From: Coriobacteriia bacterium
Lineage (GTDB): Bacteria > Actinomycetota > Coriobacteriia > Anaerosomatales > Anaerosomataceae
DNA: 64,000 bases
Reading direction: 5' to 3'
NCBI GenBank assembly: GCA_030655755.1
Contig: JAUSOQ010000038.1
Span: forward strand, 5,451-69,450
Shown here piece after piece: positions 9,449-20,471 of the stretch (position 1 is its first letter; each line of letters starts with the position of its first letter). The notes under the pieces were generated by a model. The model did not search any database, was not told the origin of the DNA, and saw nothing but the letters and a program-made list of their open reading frames with translations. The position numbers and the translations under genes are program-made.

Positions 9449-11244
9449 TACCGCTCACCTCCCGCGTATACCACGACTTCTTCTTCGTCGGAGCCGTCAC
9501 CCACCAGCTGCGTCTCGATATCGCTGGCGATCTCGTCGAACTCGGCCATCTGCTCCTCGTTCAGGTACTTCGCGCGCGTGATGCGCTCTCGCACCGGCGC
9601 CGCGAAGATGTCTTTGAGTGCAGCGCCCTTGCCGTGCGCCTCTATCGCCTTCTCATGGAAGAGCAGGATCATCTCCAGCAACCTGTTCTGCTGATCAAGC
9701 GACGTGAACTGGTCGTCATCCCGGAAGGCGTTCTGCTGCAAGAAGTCCTCGCGGATCGACTTGGCGGTCTCCATGAGCACCTGCTCATCGGCGGAAAGGG
9801 CCTCCAGGCCGACAAGGCGTACGATCTCGGCGAGCTCGCTCTCGCGCTGCAGGATCGCCATGCAGCGATCGCGGCGCGCTCGAAACTCGGGTCCGACGTT
9901 CTCGTTCCAGTACGGTGTCACCTTGTCGAGATAGAGCGAGTAGCTGGTCAGCCAGTCGATGGCCGGGAAGTGGCGTTCGTAGGCGAGCTTGTCCTGCAGC
10001 GCCCAGAAGACCTTGACGACGCGCAGGGTGTTTTGCACAACCGGCTCAGAAAGGTCACCGCCGGGAGGCGATACAGAACCGACGACCGACACGGAACCCT
10101 CACGCTCGGCCTCGGTGCCAAGAGTGTGCACGCGCCCAGCACGCTCATAGAACGCGGCGAGCCTCGTGCCGAGATAAGCCGGGAAGCCTTCGTCGCCGGG
10201 CATCTCCTCAAGCCGACCGGATATCTCGCGCATCGCCTCTGCCCAGCGACTCGTGGAGTCTGCCTGCAGTACGACTGCGTAGCCCATATCACGGAAGTAC
10301 TCGGCCATCGTCATGCCGGTGTAAACGGACGCCTCACGTGCCGCGACCGGCATGTTCGAGGTGTTGGCCACGAGTACGGTGCGCTTGACGAGCGGCTCGC
10401 CCGAATACGGGTCCACGAGTTCGGGGAACTCCATGAGCACGTCGGTCATCTCGTTGCCGCGTTCACCGCAGCCGATGAAGATGACGACCTCGGCGTTGGA
10501 CCACTTGGCGATCTGGTGCTGCGTGACGGTCTTGCCGGCGCCGAACGGGCCAGGGATACACGCGACGCCGCCCTTGGTGAGCGGGAAGAACGTGTCGATG
10601 ACGCGAGTACCGGTGGTCAGCGGCTCGTTGGCCGAGATCTTCTTGCGGTACGGTCGCGGGACACGGACCGGCCAGACCTGCATCATGATGAGATCGACCG
10701 TCTCGCCTGCCCCGGTGCTCAGGTGACCGACAGGCTCGGTGACCGTGTAGCTACCCGCAGTGATATCCGCGATCGTGCCCGAGAGAGCCGGCGGCACCAT
10801 GACGCGATGCTCGATGACGGCGTTCTCCTGCACGGTGCCGATGATGTCGCCACCTTCGACCTGATCGCCCGCCTTGACCGTGGGCACGAACTCCCAACAC
10901 TTGTCGCGGTCGAGACCCGGCGCGGTAACGCCGCGCGAAAGGAAAGCACCCGCCATGTGCTCAAGCACGTCGAGCGGACGCTGAACACCGTCGTAGACGG
11001 CCTCGAGCATGCCTGGTCCGAGCTCCACCGAGAGCGGTGCGCCCGTCGCTTCCACGGGGTGACCGGGGCCCAAGCCCTCGGTCTCCTCGTATACCTGGAT
11101 CGACGCACGGTCACCGCGCATCTCGATGATCTCGCCCATGAGCCCTTCCTCGCCCACGCGGACCAGGTCATACATCCTGGAATGGACCAGACCTTCCGCG
11201 ACGACGAGCGGACCGGCGACCTTCACAATCCTGCCCTGCTCCAT
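9448..11244 (-). CDS. atpA: V/A-type ATP synthase catalytic subunit A
   Basis: 598 aa with Walker A GPFGAGKT and the non-homologous region typical of A subunits. Confidence 0.95.
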   Translation of the reverse strand: MEQGRIVKVAGPLVVAEGLVHSRMYDLVRVGEEGLMGEIIEMRGDRASIQVYEETEGLGPGHPVEATGAPLSVELGPGMLEAVYDGVQRPLDVLEHMAGAFLSRGVTAPGLDRDKCWEFVPTVKAGDQVEGGDIIGTVQENAVIEHRVMVPPALSGTIADITAGSYTVTEPVGHLSTGAGETVDLIMMQVWPVRVPRPYRKKISANEPLTTGTRVIDTFFPLTKGGVACIPGPFGAGKTVTQHQIAKWSNAEVVIFIGCGERGNEMTDVLMEFPELVDPYSGEPLVKRTVLVANTSNMPVAAREASVYTGMTMAEYFRDMGYAVVLQADSTSRWAEAMREISGRLEEMPGDEGFPAYLGTRLAAFYERAGRVHTLGTEAEREGSVSVVGSVSPPGGDLSEPVVQNTLRVVKVFWALQDKLAYERHFPAIDWLTSYSLYLDKVTPYWNENVGPEFRARRDRCMAILQRESELAEIVRLVGLEALSADEQVLMETAKSIREDFLQQNAFRDDDQFTSLDQQNRLLEMILLFHEKAIEAHGKGAALKDIFAAPVRERITRAKYLNEEQMAEFDEIASDIETQLVGDGSDEEEVVVYAGGER

Positions 11245-11577
11245 CTATTCTTCCTCTTCTCGGATCAACATGCTCGTGCCGAGCGCGCGCTCGATCGCAC
11301 GGCGTATCTTGGCCTCGCCCATACCGCCAGCACTCCCCGCTCCGGGGATGACCGTCACTGCAGGAACGGGTCGATCCAGCACCTCTGCGATCAAATCCTC
11401 CATCGCCTCGTAGACCGGCTCGGTCACGAAGACGACACCATACTCACCTGCCGACAGCCGCCCCCACATCTCGCGGGCCTCCTCGGCATGTTCGACTGTG
11501 AACACCGCAAAGCCAAGCGGGCGGAAACCCGCCACGCTCGTCGAATCACCCACGACCGCAATCTTCGCCACTCTCAC
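11245..11577 (-). CDS. atpF: V/A-type ATP synthase subunit F
   Basis: 110 aa, IAVVGDSTSVAGFRPLGF...VVFVTE pattern, positioned directly upstream of atpA. Confidence 0.85.
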   Translation of the reverse strand: MRVAKIAVVGDSTSVAGFRPLGFAVFTVEHAEEAREMWGRLSAGEYGVVFVTEPVYEAMEDLIAEVLDRPVPAVTVIPGAGSAGGMGEAKIRRAIERALGTSMLIREEEE

Positions 11578-11582
11578 ACCAC

Positions 11583-12572
11583 CTACTCGTACCGCTCGCG
11601 CAGACGGCGGCGGAGCACCTCGGTGGGCACCCCGGACAACCGTCCGATGAGCAGCATTCTCAGCATCATGACTTCAGCCTGACGCGCCATGACATAGCCG
11701 ATGACAGGCTCGGGTCCCGCCGCGACCATCCTCGCACGCTTCAGATAGCGCACGATAAGGTCGTCGGCGAGCACGTCATAGTTGCCGAGGTCAGCGATTC
11801 GATCAGCAGGCACACCCTTGAGCGGTCCGCGCTTCGAAAGCAACTCGGCGATCTCGGTGATCGGCACCGGATAAAGCTTCATCAGCTCGGCTAACGGCGT
11901 GTTGCCGCCGTCGAGCAGTAACGCCTCGGCGTCAGGCGCACGCCAGTTCTTGGAGCGCGCGCGCAGCAACGCCTTCACATTCGCAAGATCGACCATGAGC
12001 GCCGCGAGTCCGGTCAGAAAGCGACTCTTCGAACTCTTCGCGGCCGTGTTCAGGTCTTCAAAGAGCGCATGATCCACGACACCCGTTATCTGTTCCTCGC
12101 TCACAGCGCAGTCCTCGGCCGACAGCGACATGTAGATATCGCGCAAGAACTTGGGCAGCTGCGCGGCAGAACCTTTGACGACCTCTATCGGCACAGTCCC
12201 GAGTCCAACAAGCAGGTCCTCGACAGGCACGCCGAGCAGTTCGGCCTTCAGCCGCGCCTCAAGGTTGGCGTAGTCGTAGCGAACGCGGAAGAACCGGATG
12301 ACCGGTGACGGCAGGTTCGCCGTGACCAGAAAGCCATACAGTTCATCAAGCGCGAGACCGAGCCCACGCTCGATGCCCTCGACCGTTTCGGCCTCCTCAA
12401 GGAAGCGGCCGTATGGAGAGTCGGAGAGCACACGCTTCTGTTCGCCGAACGTTGGCGCGTCAAGCAACCGCTCGTATGTGCCGCCAGAGAGCATGCGGCC
12501 CTCTAAGACGCGAACGCGCCCCACAGCATAGCCATAGCGTATAGGCTCTGTCACCGACTTCCGAAACAGCAC
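11583..12572 (-). CDS. atpC: V/A-type ATP synthase subunit C
   Basis: 329-aa helical protein at the canonical operon position between E and F. Confidence 0.8.
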   Translation of the reverse strand: MLFRKSVTEPIRYGYAVGRVRVLEGRMLSGGTYERLLDAPTFGEQKRVLSDSPYGRFLEEAETVEGIERGLGLALDELYGFLVTANLPSPVIRFFRVRYDYANLEARLKAELLGVPVEDLLVGLGTVPIEVVKGSAAQLPKFLRDIYMSLSAEDCAVSEEQITGVVDHALFEDLNTAAKSSKSRFLTGLAALMVDLANVKALLRARSKNWRAPDAEALLLDGGNTPLAELMKLYPVPITEIAELLSKRGPLKGVPADRIADLGNYDVLADDLIVRYLKRARMVAAGPEPVIGYVMARQAEVMMLRMLLIGRLSGVPTEVLRRRLRERYE

Positions 12573-12578
12573 GCCCTT

Positions 12579-13181
12579 CTACGCCTCCTCTGCCGGAAAG
12601 AGACCGGCCGTCGCTACTGCCATGAGTTCATCGTGGCGTCCGCTCACCATCGAGTCCGGCGAGACCTCCGCACTCACGCGATCGGCCTTGAGCGTGACAC
12701 CATGCGAGATATCAGCCGCCGTGTCCGAGAAGACAAGATCCAGCGTGCACCCAGCTTCAGCGGCTGCGGCGTCTACCGCAGCACGCAGGCCGGCCAGACG
12801 CTTCCGGTCAGCTTCAGCGACACGCACAACATCGCCACCTCGCGCAGTACGAATGATGCCGCTGGCGATCACGCGTGTGTACGTCGCGTCATCGAACGCC
12901 GCAAGCCGCTCCTCAGCCTGGCGAAGCGCCCGCTCCACGAGTGTCCGCTTGCCGGCCAGTAGCTCATCACGCGCCGCAAGGCGCGCGTTGGCGAGCAGCG
13001 TTGCAGCTCGAGACTCGGCATCACGACGGGTATCGTGCAGCGCATGCTCACGATACCGCTCGCCCTCTCGCTTCGCCTCGGCCATGATCGCCTCGGCCTT
13101 CGCCGTAGCACCATCGGTCAGTGCACGCGCTTCAGCGCCAGCATCACTCTCGATGCGGCCTATGATGTCCGCCAGCGCCAC
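12579..13181 (-). CDS. atpE: V/A-type ATP synthase subunit E
   Basis: 200 aa with an Ala/Glu/Arg-rich N-terminal helix plus a globular C-terminus, at the canonical operon position. Confidence 0.8.
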   Translation of the reverse strand: MALADIIGRIESDAGAEARALTDGATAKAEAIMAEAKREGERYREHALHDTRRDAESRAATLLANARLAARDELLAGKRTLVERALRQAEERLAAFDDATYTRVIASGIIRTARGGDVVRVAEADRKRLAGLRAAVDAAAAEAGCTLDLVFSDTAADISHGVTLKADRVSAEVSPDSMVSGRHDELMAVATAGLFPAEEA

Positions 13182-13185
13182 ACGA

Positions 13186-13692
13186 TCACCCCATGTACAT
13201 GTTGCGTAGCGAGAACAGCATCAGAATAGTGGCGATGAGCGAGAATACGGCGTAGGTCTCGACGAGCGCCGGGAAGATCAGCGCCTTACCCGAGTCCTCG
13301 CTGCGACGCGCGATCATGCCGGCGGCGCCAACGGCTGTCATGCCCTGGTAGATCGCGGTCACCAGGCACAGAACGGCGACCGGCAGGCATGATAGAAAGA
13401 TCTTGAAGCCAAGCTCACCCGGAATAGTGGGAGCCGTTTCCTGCAGCAGGATCTCAAAGAACTGCAGCACCAGGATGGCGGTGATCAGCCCGTAGATGCC
13501 CTGCGTACCCGGCATAGCGGCGAGTGGGAGAACCCGTCCGAACTTCTCGGAGTCCTCGGTCACGATACCCGACGCCGTGTTGGAGATCGTCGTGATACCG
13601 ATGGCCGAGCCGATCCCTCCTCCGATGACAGCGAACCCCGCGCCCATAAGCGCCCACGTCATGCCCGACATACCCCAAAAGACCTCGTTCAC
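13186..13692 (-). CDS. atpK: V/A-type ATP synthase proteolipid subunit K
   Basis: 168-aa, Gly/Ala-rich four-helix proteolipid. GTGA overlap with the atpI stop. Confidence 0.9.
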   Translation of the reverse strand: MNEVFWGMSGMTWALMGAGFAVIGGGIGSAIGITTISNTASGIVTEDSEKFGRVLPLAAMPGTQGIYGLITAILVLQFFEILLQETAPTIPGELGFKIFLSCLPVAVLCLVTAIYQGMTAVGAAGMIARRSEDSGKALIFPALVETYAVFSLIATILMLFSLRNMYMG

Positions 13693-15830
13693 GTTGTCTT
13701 GCCTCCTTCCTGCGACCCTACTCGAGGGTGCAGTACGACCGACTTCGTCTTAGGACCCAGCGGCGCGTAATTGCGGCCGCCCCCTTCGTAGAACTTGCTG
13801 AAGAACTCCACGAACTGCAGACGCGTGGGATGCACGAACGCGCCGAGCAGGTTGATGGCCAAGTTGATGACGTGCAGGATAAGCACGACGAGCACCGCGA
13901 ACACGAGACCGACGACCGGTCCCATCAGCTCCATCACGATGAAGCCGAGCTGGTTGGCGACCTGTCCCACGAGCATACCCGCAAGGCCGAGTGCCGCAAG
14001 TCGCGTGTAGGAAAGGAAGTCCGAGATGAGCCCCGACATCCCATACGTGTCGTAAGCGCCGAGGAGCAAGGCAAGCACCGCCTTGCGACCGGTCTTGGAG
14101 ACGAACATAGAGGCCGCGGTCAACCCGAGGAAGACCTGCGAGACGATGGAAGGCCCGCCGAGCGCAGCCGCGGCGAAGAAGGCCACCGCCGAGATGATCC
14201 ACGCCCACCCAAGCGCCTTGTCCCACGCCGGCGCTTCGACCTTCGAGGGAACCTCGAGCACCCGGCCCTTCAGCAGCAACGTCAGACCGAGGCCCCCGAT
14301 GATGAACGCCGACATCGTACCCGTGAGCAACGCGCCCGCCGCGATAGCCGCAAGCAGCACGATCGTCGAGATCTCACCCGCGACGGCGTCACGCCAGTCG
14401 CCTACCTTGATCTGCATGACAGCGCGCGTGACGATGCCGACCAGGATGTGCACCACGCCGAGTGCGATGCTGATCACCAGGAACAGCATGATGTCCTCAA
14501 GCGGGTCGAAGAGCTTGAACGAGAGCAGGAACGACGGAACCAGATCCGTGCTGACCGCGAAGTAGGAGCCCGTCACGACACCCAGAAGCACCGACGCAGC
14601 GCCTCCATAGGTCAGCAGCTCCATGAATTTTTTCACACCGGGACCAACGTCCAACTTCCGCTTGATGAGCTGAGCGATGATCATGAGCGCGATGCCGTAG
14701 CCGACATCCGCTAGCGCCATCCCGAAGAAGATGAAGAAGAAGCCTGCCATCAGCGGCGTGGGATCGACCTCATGGTATTGCGGGCGTCCGTAGAGATCAG
14801 TGAGCACCTCGAACGGCCGGAGCCACTTCGGATTGTCGAGCTCGATCGGTGGGTGATCGTCGGGATCCGGCTCCTCGAAGGTGAGATCTACATCGAAACG
14901 CACCGGCTCCAGCGCGGCCTCAAGCTTGGCACGTCTGGCAGCCATGACCCATCCCGTTATGACTATGGTGCGCTCGGTCGAACCGAAACGCTCGCGGACG
15001 AGCAATATGTCGCGGGCCGATACAAGCGCCTCGGCCAATCCCACAGAGTGCTCATGGCGTTCCTCAGAGAGCTCCTTCGCCCGCTCGAGCATGCGCTGTT
15101 CTTCGGCATCGAGTTCGACCAGACGCTCCTCGGCGATTGAGATCTCCTCGGCGGGATAGTCAGAAAGCTCGGGGAAACCGACCTCGGTGAAGTTGGTGAG
15201 ATGCAGAGTCGAACGTACTTCGTCGACCTGGTCTCTGTGCGCCATGACCACCCAGGCGGACCTACTGCCTACCGGCCCGAGTTCCTCGACCGAGACCTCG
15301 ACGACAGCCTCGCGCAGACGGGCACGGATGGCCTCGCCCTCGGAGGCTGGGACGGTTCCGGTGAACAGGACAACGTGCTCGCTCCCGCGCCACTGGCTGA
15401 TCTGCAGGTGCAGCGGCTCCCACGGACGCAGGTCCGTGATGAGCGCACGCAAACGCTCGCAGTGACGCTCGATGGAGGCTAGACGGTCGGAAAGGAACAC
15501 GCATTCGCGGTAGAGGTCAGAAAACTCCTCGTCCGGCGCAAGAGCGTAGAACTCATCCTCGCTCATGTGGAACTTCTCGGAGATGAAGGAGGCGAACGGC
15601 GCGTCGGACGTGTGATACCTGCCGAGGAACTCCGCGACGAACTGCGCATCCGCGATCTGCTCGTCGAGTGTGGCGATGCGAGCCTCGACATCTGCCGAGA
15701 CGGGTGCCGGAAGTTCGTTCGCGTCCTGCGCGATATCGAGTACGCCAGCCTTCCTCAGGCTGTCGACGAGTGCCTCTGACGCCAGAGCGTGCGAAATCGC
15801 CGTGACTTTGAGCATGCGCGCTACGGCCAC
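13689..15830 (-). CDS. atpI: V/A-type ATP synthase subunit I (stator a-subunit)
   Basis: 713 aa with a soluble N-terminal half and a polytopic C-terminal half ending in RLQFVEFFSKFYEGGG, characteristic of subunit I. Confidence 0.9.
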   Translation of the reverse strand: MAVARMLKVTAISHALASEALVDSLRKAGVLDIAQDANELPAPVSADVEARIATLDEQIADAQFVAEFLGRYHTSDAPFASFISEKFHMSEDEFYALAPDEEFSDLYRECVFLSDRLASIERHCERLRALITDLRPWEPLHLQISQWRGSEHVVLFTGTVPASEGEAIRARLREAVVEVSVEELGPVGSRSAWVVMAHRDQVDEVRSTLHLTNFTEVGFPELSDYPAEEISIAEERLVELDAEEQRMLERAKELSEERHEHSVGLAEALVSARDILLVRERFGSTERTIVITGWVMAARRAKLEAALEPVRFDVDLTFEEPDPDDHPPIELDNPKWLRPFEVLTDLYGRPQYHEVDPTPLMAGFFFIFFGMALADVGYGIALMIIAQLIKRKLDVGPGVKKFMELLTYGGAASVLLGVVTGSYFAVSTDLVPSFLLSFKLFDPLEDIMLFLVISIALGVVHILVGIVTRAVMQIKVGDWRDAVAGEISTIVLLAAIAAGALLTGTMSAFIIGGLGLTLLLKGRVLEVPSKVEAPAWDKALGWAWIISAVAFFAAAALGGPSIVSQVFLGLTAASMFVSKTGRKAVLALLLGAYDTYGMSGLISDFLSYTRLAALGLAGMLVGQVANQLGFIVMELMGPVVGLVFAVLVVLILHVINLAINLLGAFVHPTRLQFVEFFSKFYEGGGRNYAPLGPKTKSVVLHPRVGSQEGGKTT

Positions 15831-15832
15831 GC

Positions 15833-16138
15833 TCAGTCCACCAGTCCTACCACTACAGCACTCGCGGCGTCAGAAACGCGTTTCTCGGCCTGCTGAAGCA
15901 CCGCCTCGATGTGCACGCGCGCTTCGTCGGTCACCTGCTCGGCATCGCCCTGGGCTCGTGCGATGAGGGCGGCTGCTTCGTTGCCCGCCTCTTCGTCAGC
16001 GCACGCCTTAGCAGCGGCGAGTGCCTCTTCGGCCTTCGCACGTGCGTCTTTCAGTGTCGCCTGTGTCACCTCACGCGCCTGAGCAACGGTCTGACGTGCC
16101 CGTTCCTCTGCGTGGAGTATCTGCTCGAGTTTCTCCAT
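15833..16138 (-). CDS. V/A-type ATPase peripheral-stalk subunit (G/H-like)
   Basis: ATG at 16138 is preceded by AAGGTGG. A 101-aa all-helical Ala/Glu/Gln-rich protein and the first gene of the operon. The longer ORF start at 16171 was rejected. Confidence 0.6.
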   Translation of the reverse strand: MEKLEQILHAEERARQTVAQAREVTQATLKDARAKAEEALAAAKACADEEAGNEAAALIARAQGDAEQVTDEARVHIEAVLQQAEKRVSDAASAVVVGLVD

Positions 16139-16303
16139 GCCCCACCTTCGAGTTTCCACCTCTGAACACATCGTGAAATTCTATCACTTACGAAAACCCG
16201 CGCAAGGGGTTTGTCCACATAAAGAAATCGACCTGCCCACAGGAGGGTGACTCCGAGATCGAACGGCCCGTGTCTTGCTTGCTTTACTAGTATAGTAGTC
16301 GCG

Positions 16304-17566
16304 ATGAGTGAGCCGGTGTATCTGAGGAAGTCTGAGCGACAAGCCATGCCCAAAACAGCGTCGAAATACCGGACGACCGCCGGGGAACTAGCTGCTGCCA
16401 CGCGAAAGAAGCGCCTACGCATCTTCCTCGCAGCGTGCGGCGTGCTCGCAGTTGTCGCCACGGCGATACTCAGCCTCTCCGCGCTGGAGCCGGGCCTTTT
16501 CGCCGGAAGAGACGCTCAGCCGGTGATGGCCACACCAACAAGCGTGCCGACCGTCACCGTCGAACCGACCGCCTCGGTAGAGCCGACCGCACCGCCCGAG
16601 CCCTCCCGTCCCGCGACCATCACCGTTGCCGCGGTGGGCGACATGATCTTCGATCGGCGGGTGAAGACGCTCATCGCCTCGACCAATGGCGCCGAGCCCC
16701 TCTCCGACGTGGCCGCTCAGCTTGCCGTCGCCGACATCGCCGTCGGCAACCTCGAGAGTCCACTTTCGACCGGCGGGATCCGCAACACCGCCAAAGACGT
16801 CACGTTCCGCGGCGACCCGCGCGGCGCCGATGGGCTCGCGCTCGCGGGCTTCGACTTCCTCTCCCTCGCCAACAACCACGTGCTCGACTACGGTCCCGAC
16901 GCGCTCGCCGACACGGTCGCACTTCTCGACGGACTGAGCATCGGCCATGCCGGTGCAGGCGCGAACCGCGACGAGGCATGGACACCCGCTGTGGTCGAGA
17001 CGGACGGCGCCACGGTCGCCTTCCTGTCGTTCTCTCACATCCTGCCCGCAGGCTTCGTGGCGACCGACTCCAGGGCGGGCCTCGCCCAGGGCCGCAACAA
17101 CATGGACGCAGTGGAAGACGCGATCCGCTCGGCCAAAGAGGAGTACGACTACGTCATCGTGAGTTTCCACTGGGGCGTCGAGTACGTTGATGACTGCAAT
17201 GGCGATCAGGTGAAAGATGCGCACCGGGCGGTGGACGCCGGCGCCGACATGGTGATGAGCCATCATCCGCATGTGATCCAGGCCGTCGAGTACTACAACA
17301 ATCGCCTGATCGCCTACTCACTGGGTGACTTTGTCTTCGACCACTACTCGCGCAAAACAGGCGAGGCATTCATACTTGATGCGTCACTCGGCCCTGCCGG
17401 TGTGAGCGACGTGAAGATCACCCCGGTCTACCTCGACAGCAACGGTAAGCCCGAATACGTGCACGGCAAGGAGGCGACGGCGATCCTGGAACGGCTACAT
17501 GACATCTCGGCAAAGCGCGGGACCACCGTCCCCGTCGACGGGGACACCGCGGCGGTGACGCCGTGA
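16304..17566 (+). CDS. CapA-family (PGA_cap metallophosphatase-like) membrane-anchored protein
   Basis: TM anchor followed by AAVGDMIFDRR, GNLESPLS, SLANNHVLDYG, SFHWGVEY and HHPHVIQ motifs typical of the CapA family. The start is uncertain (16247/16304/later). Confidence 0.85.
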   Translation: MSEPVYLRKSERQAMPKTASKYRTTAGELAAATRKKRLRIFLAACGVLAVVATAILSLSALEPGLFAGRDAQPVMATPTSVPTVTVEPTASVEPTAPPEPSRPATITVAAVGDMIFDRRVKTLIASTNGAEPLSDVAAQLAVADIAVGNLESPLSTGGIRNTAKDVTFRGDPRGADGLALAGFDFLSLANNHVLDYGPDALADTVALLDGLSIGHAGAGANRDEAWTPAVVETDGATVAFLSFSHILPAGFVATDSRAGLAQGRNNMDAVEDAIRSAKEEYDYVIVSFHWGVEYVDDCNGDQVKDAHRAVDAGADMVMSHHPHVIQAVEYYNNRLIAYSLGDFVFDHYSRKTGEAFILDASLGPAGVSDVKITPVYLDSNGKPEYVHGKEATAILERLHDISAKRGTTVPVDGDTAAVTP

Positions 17567-18513
17567 GGCCAGCCGCCTCGAACAATCGCCCGCCCCGTCA
17601 CGTACGCTCGCAGCCGCCCACGCGCTCGCCTCAGACTCCCCGCACGACTGCTTCCGGACTGCGACCGGTACGCGATACCGGGCTCAACGTGCGAAGCAGC
17701 CGCGGCCGCAAGCGCCGTCGGAGGCCCTCCCCGTACTCGCTGCTCATCGCACTCTGCTTCATCACGATCGTCGCGATGTTGTTCGTAGTCGGGCGCGCCG
17801 GCTCCAATGATGGCGCGCCCCTTCCCCCGGCCTCGGCTACGCCGGAGGTCGTTGTTGCGGCAACCGAACCGGAGCGTGACCCTACCCCGCGCTTCGCCGA
17901 ATATCAAGAACTCACTCTGCGACTCCCGATCGACCCGGAAGACATCACCGCGATCGCCTTCCACCAGGCGTCCGGCAGCAACGCATTGCACATGACATCG
18001 CTCGCCCCCGATGCGGACATGGAACTCGCCGCCCGGCTCAAAGCGGTACCCCCGCTCCAGGACGCGCCGACAACAGATTCCGACGTTCCCGCCCAGCCCG
18101 ACATCTGGTACGGCTGCGTACTGCGGTTGTGGCGCAGTAACCGCACCGGTGCACCGGACACGGCGGTCGACTGCGGCGCAGACGCAGGCTCGGCGGTCTT
18201 CTCGCCCATCTCGGGCACCGTCGTCAGGGTGAAGGCCTACAAGCTCTACGAGAAGTACAACGACTACGAGATCCACATCCGACCTGATGGCCGAGACGAC
18301 ATCGATCTCGTGCTGCTGCACGTCGACGACGTGCTGATCGCCGAGGGAGACCGCGTGACGGCCGGAGTGACGCGGATCGCGTCGGTGCGCAAGATGTCGG
18401 ACCGGGTCGACTTGCAGCTCGCCGGCTACACCAGCAACGGCGGCGACCACGTGCACGTGCAGCTGAACACGGCCGAGGCGGACCCGTCGCTTTCAGGAGC
18501 CGACGGCTCCTAG
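17563..18513 (+). CDS. Membrane-anchored LytM/M23-like domain protein, possibly catalytically degenerate
   Basis: GTGA overlap with the upstream gene. Arg/Pro-rich N-terminus and one TM. The C-terminus reads SPISGTVVRV...GDHVHVQL (HxH retained), but the usual HxxxD is replaced by DCGAD. Confidence 0.6.
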   Translation: MRPAASNNRPPRHVRSQPPTRSPQTPRTTASGLRPVRDTGLNVRSSRGRKRRRRPSPYSLLIALCFITIVAMLFVVGRAGSNDGAPLPPASATPEVVVAATEPERDPTPRFAEYQELTLRLPIDPEDITAIAFHQASGSNALHMTSLAPDADMELAARLKAVPPLQDAPTTDSDVPAQPDIWYGCVLRLWRSNRTGAPDTAVDCGADAGSAVFSPISGTVVRVKAYKLYEKYNDYEIHIRPDGRDDIDLVLLHVDDVLIAEGDRVTAGVTRIASVRKMSDRVDLQLAGYTSNGGDHVHVQLNTAEADPSLSGADGS

Positions 18514-18740
18514 CCCCCGGTGGCAGTCTCCTGCGGGCCCTCGCCCGCCCGTCGCACCCAGCCCCGGAACCGGCGATCGAACTCGTAGCGCTCGAGCCTG
18601 ACCTTGCGCTCGCAACCTACGCACGTAAGGCCGATGTCCATGCCGAGCTTGGTGACTTCCCACTCGTTGGCCCCACACGGGTGCGGCTTTTTGAGGCGCA
18701 CCACGTCGCCGACATGCACGGGTGTTATTGGTACGGCCAT
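18510..18740 (-). CDS. DUF951-family small protein
   Basis: 76 aa. VGDVVRLKKPHPCGANEWEVTKLGMDIGLTCVGCERKVRLERYEF matches the DUF951 (Bacillus YyzM-like) pattern. The longer 190-aa ORF N-extension was rejected. Confidence 0.75.
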   Translation of the reverse strand: MAVPITPVHVGDVVRLKKPHPCGANEWEVTKLGMDIGLTCVGCERKVRLERYEFDRRFRGWVRRAGEGPQETATGG

Positions 18741-18819
18741 TCCACACCCCTTGCGCCTGTTGCGGGTCCAGCGGGTAGAGTATAACCTGTCAGCACCACT
18801 GCCGAACGAAAGGCCGGCC

Positions 18820-19095
18820 ATGCAGACCAGTGCCATTCTCTCCGTGCTCGGCGAAGATCGTGTCGGGATCGTCGCCGCCGTTTCAGCCGCACTTGCCGAG
18901 ACCGGCACCAACATCGAGGACATCCGACAGACGATCCTCTCGGGTGTCTTCTCGATGACCATGCTCGTGACCGTGGATGAGGAGCGCACGTCGTTCGAAG
19001 GTGTACAGGCGCGCCTCGCCGAAGTGTCAGAGTCGCTCAGCATGCAGATAACGCTGCAGCGTGAGGACGTCTTCCGGTTCATGCATCGCGTCTAG
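18820..19095 (+). CDS. ACT-domain protein (UPF0237 family)
   Basis: [38 protein letters not shown] is a typical ACT fold opener. It sits immediately upstream of a UPF0210 gene, the usual pairing. Confidence 0.85.
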   Translation: MQTSAILSVLGEDRVGIVAAVSAALAETGTNIEDIRQTILSGVFSMTMLVTVDEERTSFEGVQARLAEVSESLSMQITLQREDVFRFMHRV

Positions 19096-19106
19096 AAGGA
19101 GCTCAC

Positions 19107-20471
19107 ATGCTGCAGATCAGCCCGGAGGAGATCGCCGAGACCCTCACCATGATAACCCAGCAGCACCTCGACATCCGCACGGTGACGCTCGGGCTCTCCT
19201 TGGGAGGCTGCGCCGCCGATGACGTTGCGACGGTGGCTGCACGCGTCTATGAGAAGGTGAGCACCGCTGCGCAGCGTCTCGTGCCGGTTGCCGAGGCGAT
19301 CGAGCGCGAGTACGGCATCCCCATCATCAACAAACGCATCGCGGTATCCGCCATCTCCGAGCTGGTATGCGGCAGTGGCCACGACCTCACCCCGATCGCG
19401 GTCGCGATGGATCGCGCCGCTCGCGAGGTGGGTGTCGACTTCATCGGCGGCTTCTCTGCGCTCGTGCACAAAGGCATCGGCGCCGGTGACCGCATGCTCA
19501 TCGATTCGATCCCCGCCGCGCTCGCATCCACCGAACGCGTCTGCTCGTCGGTCAATGTCGCATCCACGCGTGCCGGCATCAACATGGACGCGGTGCTGCG
19601 TATGGCCGAGATCACGCTGGAGACCGCGGCACTGACAGCCGAGCACGACAGCATCGGCTGCGCCAAGCTGGTCGTCTTCTGCAACATGGTGGAGGACAAC
19701 CCCTTCATGGCTGGAGCCGTTCATGGTTCCGGTGAGGCGGACGCCGTCATCAACGTGGGTATCTCCGGTCCCGGCGTCGTGCGCGCAGTCGTGGAGTCGC
19801 TACCAAAAGATGCCGACCTGACAACCGTGGCCGAGGCGATCAAAGCGACGTCGTTCAAGATCACGCGCGCAGGCGAGCTTGTGGCCCGCGAGGCGGCACG
19901 CCGGCTTGGCGTGGAGATGGGGATCGTCGATCTCTCGCTGGCCCCCACGCCCGCCGAAGGCGACAGTGTTGCCGCCATCATCGAGGCTATCGGCGTGAAG
20001 CGCTGTGGCGGTCCCGGCACAACGACCGCGCTCGCGCTGCTCAACGACGCCGTCAAGAAGGGCGGCGCCATGGGCACCAGCTCGATCGGCGGCCTGTCAG
20101 GCGCGTTCATCCCCGTGTCAGAGGACGCGAACATGGTGCGCGCCGTCCGCGATGGCGCACTGACGCTCGAGAAGCTCGAAGCGATGACATCTGTGTGCTC
20201 CGTGGGCCTCGACATGATCGCGATCCCCGGCGACACGGCAGTTGAGACCATCGCCACCATCATGTCCGACGCCTACGCCATTGGCGTCATCAACAGCAAG
20301 ACCACCGCAACACGACTCATACCGGCCATTGGCAAAGTGGCAGGCGACACTGTGGACTTTGGCGGGCTGCTCGGTGCAGCACCGGTCATGAACGTGAGCC
20401 AGTGGGCGGGGACCGTACTGGCGCGACGCGGCGGGCGCTTCCCCGCCCCTCTCAGCAGCCTGCGCAACTAA
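19107..20471 (+). CDS. UPF0210 (DUF711) family protein
   Basis: 454 aa. N-terminus [29 protein letters not shown] and overall sequence are typical of UPF0210. Confidence 0.9.
   Translation: MLQISPEEIAETLTMITQQHLDIRTVTLGLSLGGCAADDVATVAARVYEKVSTAAQRLVPVAEAIEREYGIPIINKRIAVSAISELVCGSGHDLTPIAVAMDRAAREVGVDFIGGFSALVHKGIGAGDRMLIDSIPAALASTERVCSSVNVASTRAGINMDAVLRMAEITLETAALTAEHDSIGCAKLVVFCNMVEDNPFMAGAVHGSGEADAVINVGISGPGVVRAVVESLPKDADLTTVAEAIKATSFKITRAGELVAREAARRLGVEMGIVDLSLAPTPAEGDSVAAIIEAIGVKRCGGPGTTTALALLNDAVKKGGAMGTSSIGGLSGAFIPVSEDANMVRAVRDGALTLEKLEAMTSVCSVGLDMIAIPGDTAVETIATIMSDAYAIGVINSKTTATRLIPAIGKVAGDTVDFGGLLGAAPVMNVSQWAGTVLARRGGRFPAPLSSLRN

Noticed and set aside
9256-11682. 808-aa ORF on the plus strand
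   Set aside because: It is antisense to atpB, atpA and atpF, which have canonical ATPase sequences. The translation is Arg/His/Asp-rich low complexity, typical of shadow ORFs in GC-rich DNA.
13728-14714. 328-aa ORF on the plus strand
   Set aside because: It is antisense to atpI. It has an extremely charged His/Arg/Asp/Glu composition.
17428-18456. 342-aa ORF on the minus strand (and 16415-17272 on the minus strand)
   Set aside because: These are antisense to the LytM-like and CapA-like genes. Those genes carry family motifs and TM anchors, whereas these ORFs are Arg/Gly/His-rich.
18741-19082. N-terminal extension of the DUF951 ORF (190-aa version), and 18604-18819 extension of the ACT-protein ORF
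   Set aside because: The extensions overlap each other in antisense and lack family similarity. The internal starts give full-length DUF951 and ACT proteins.
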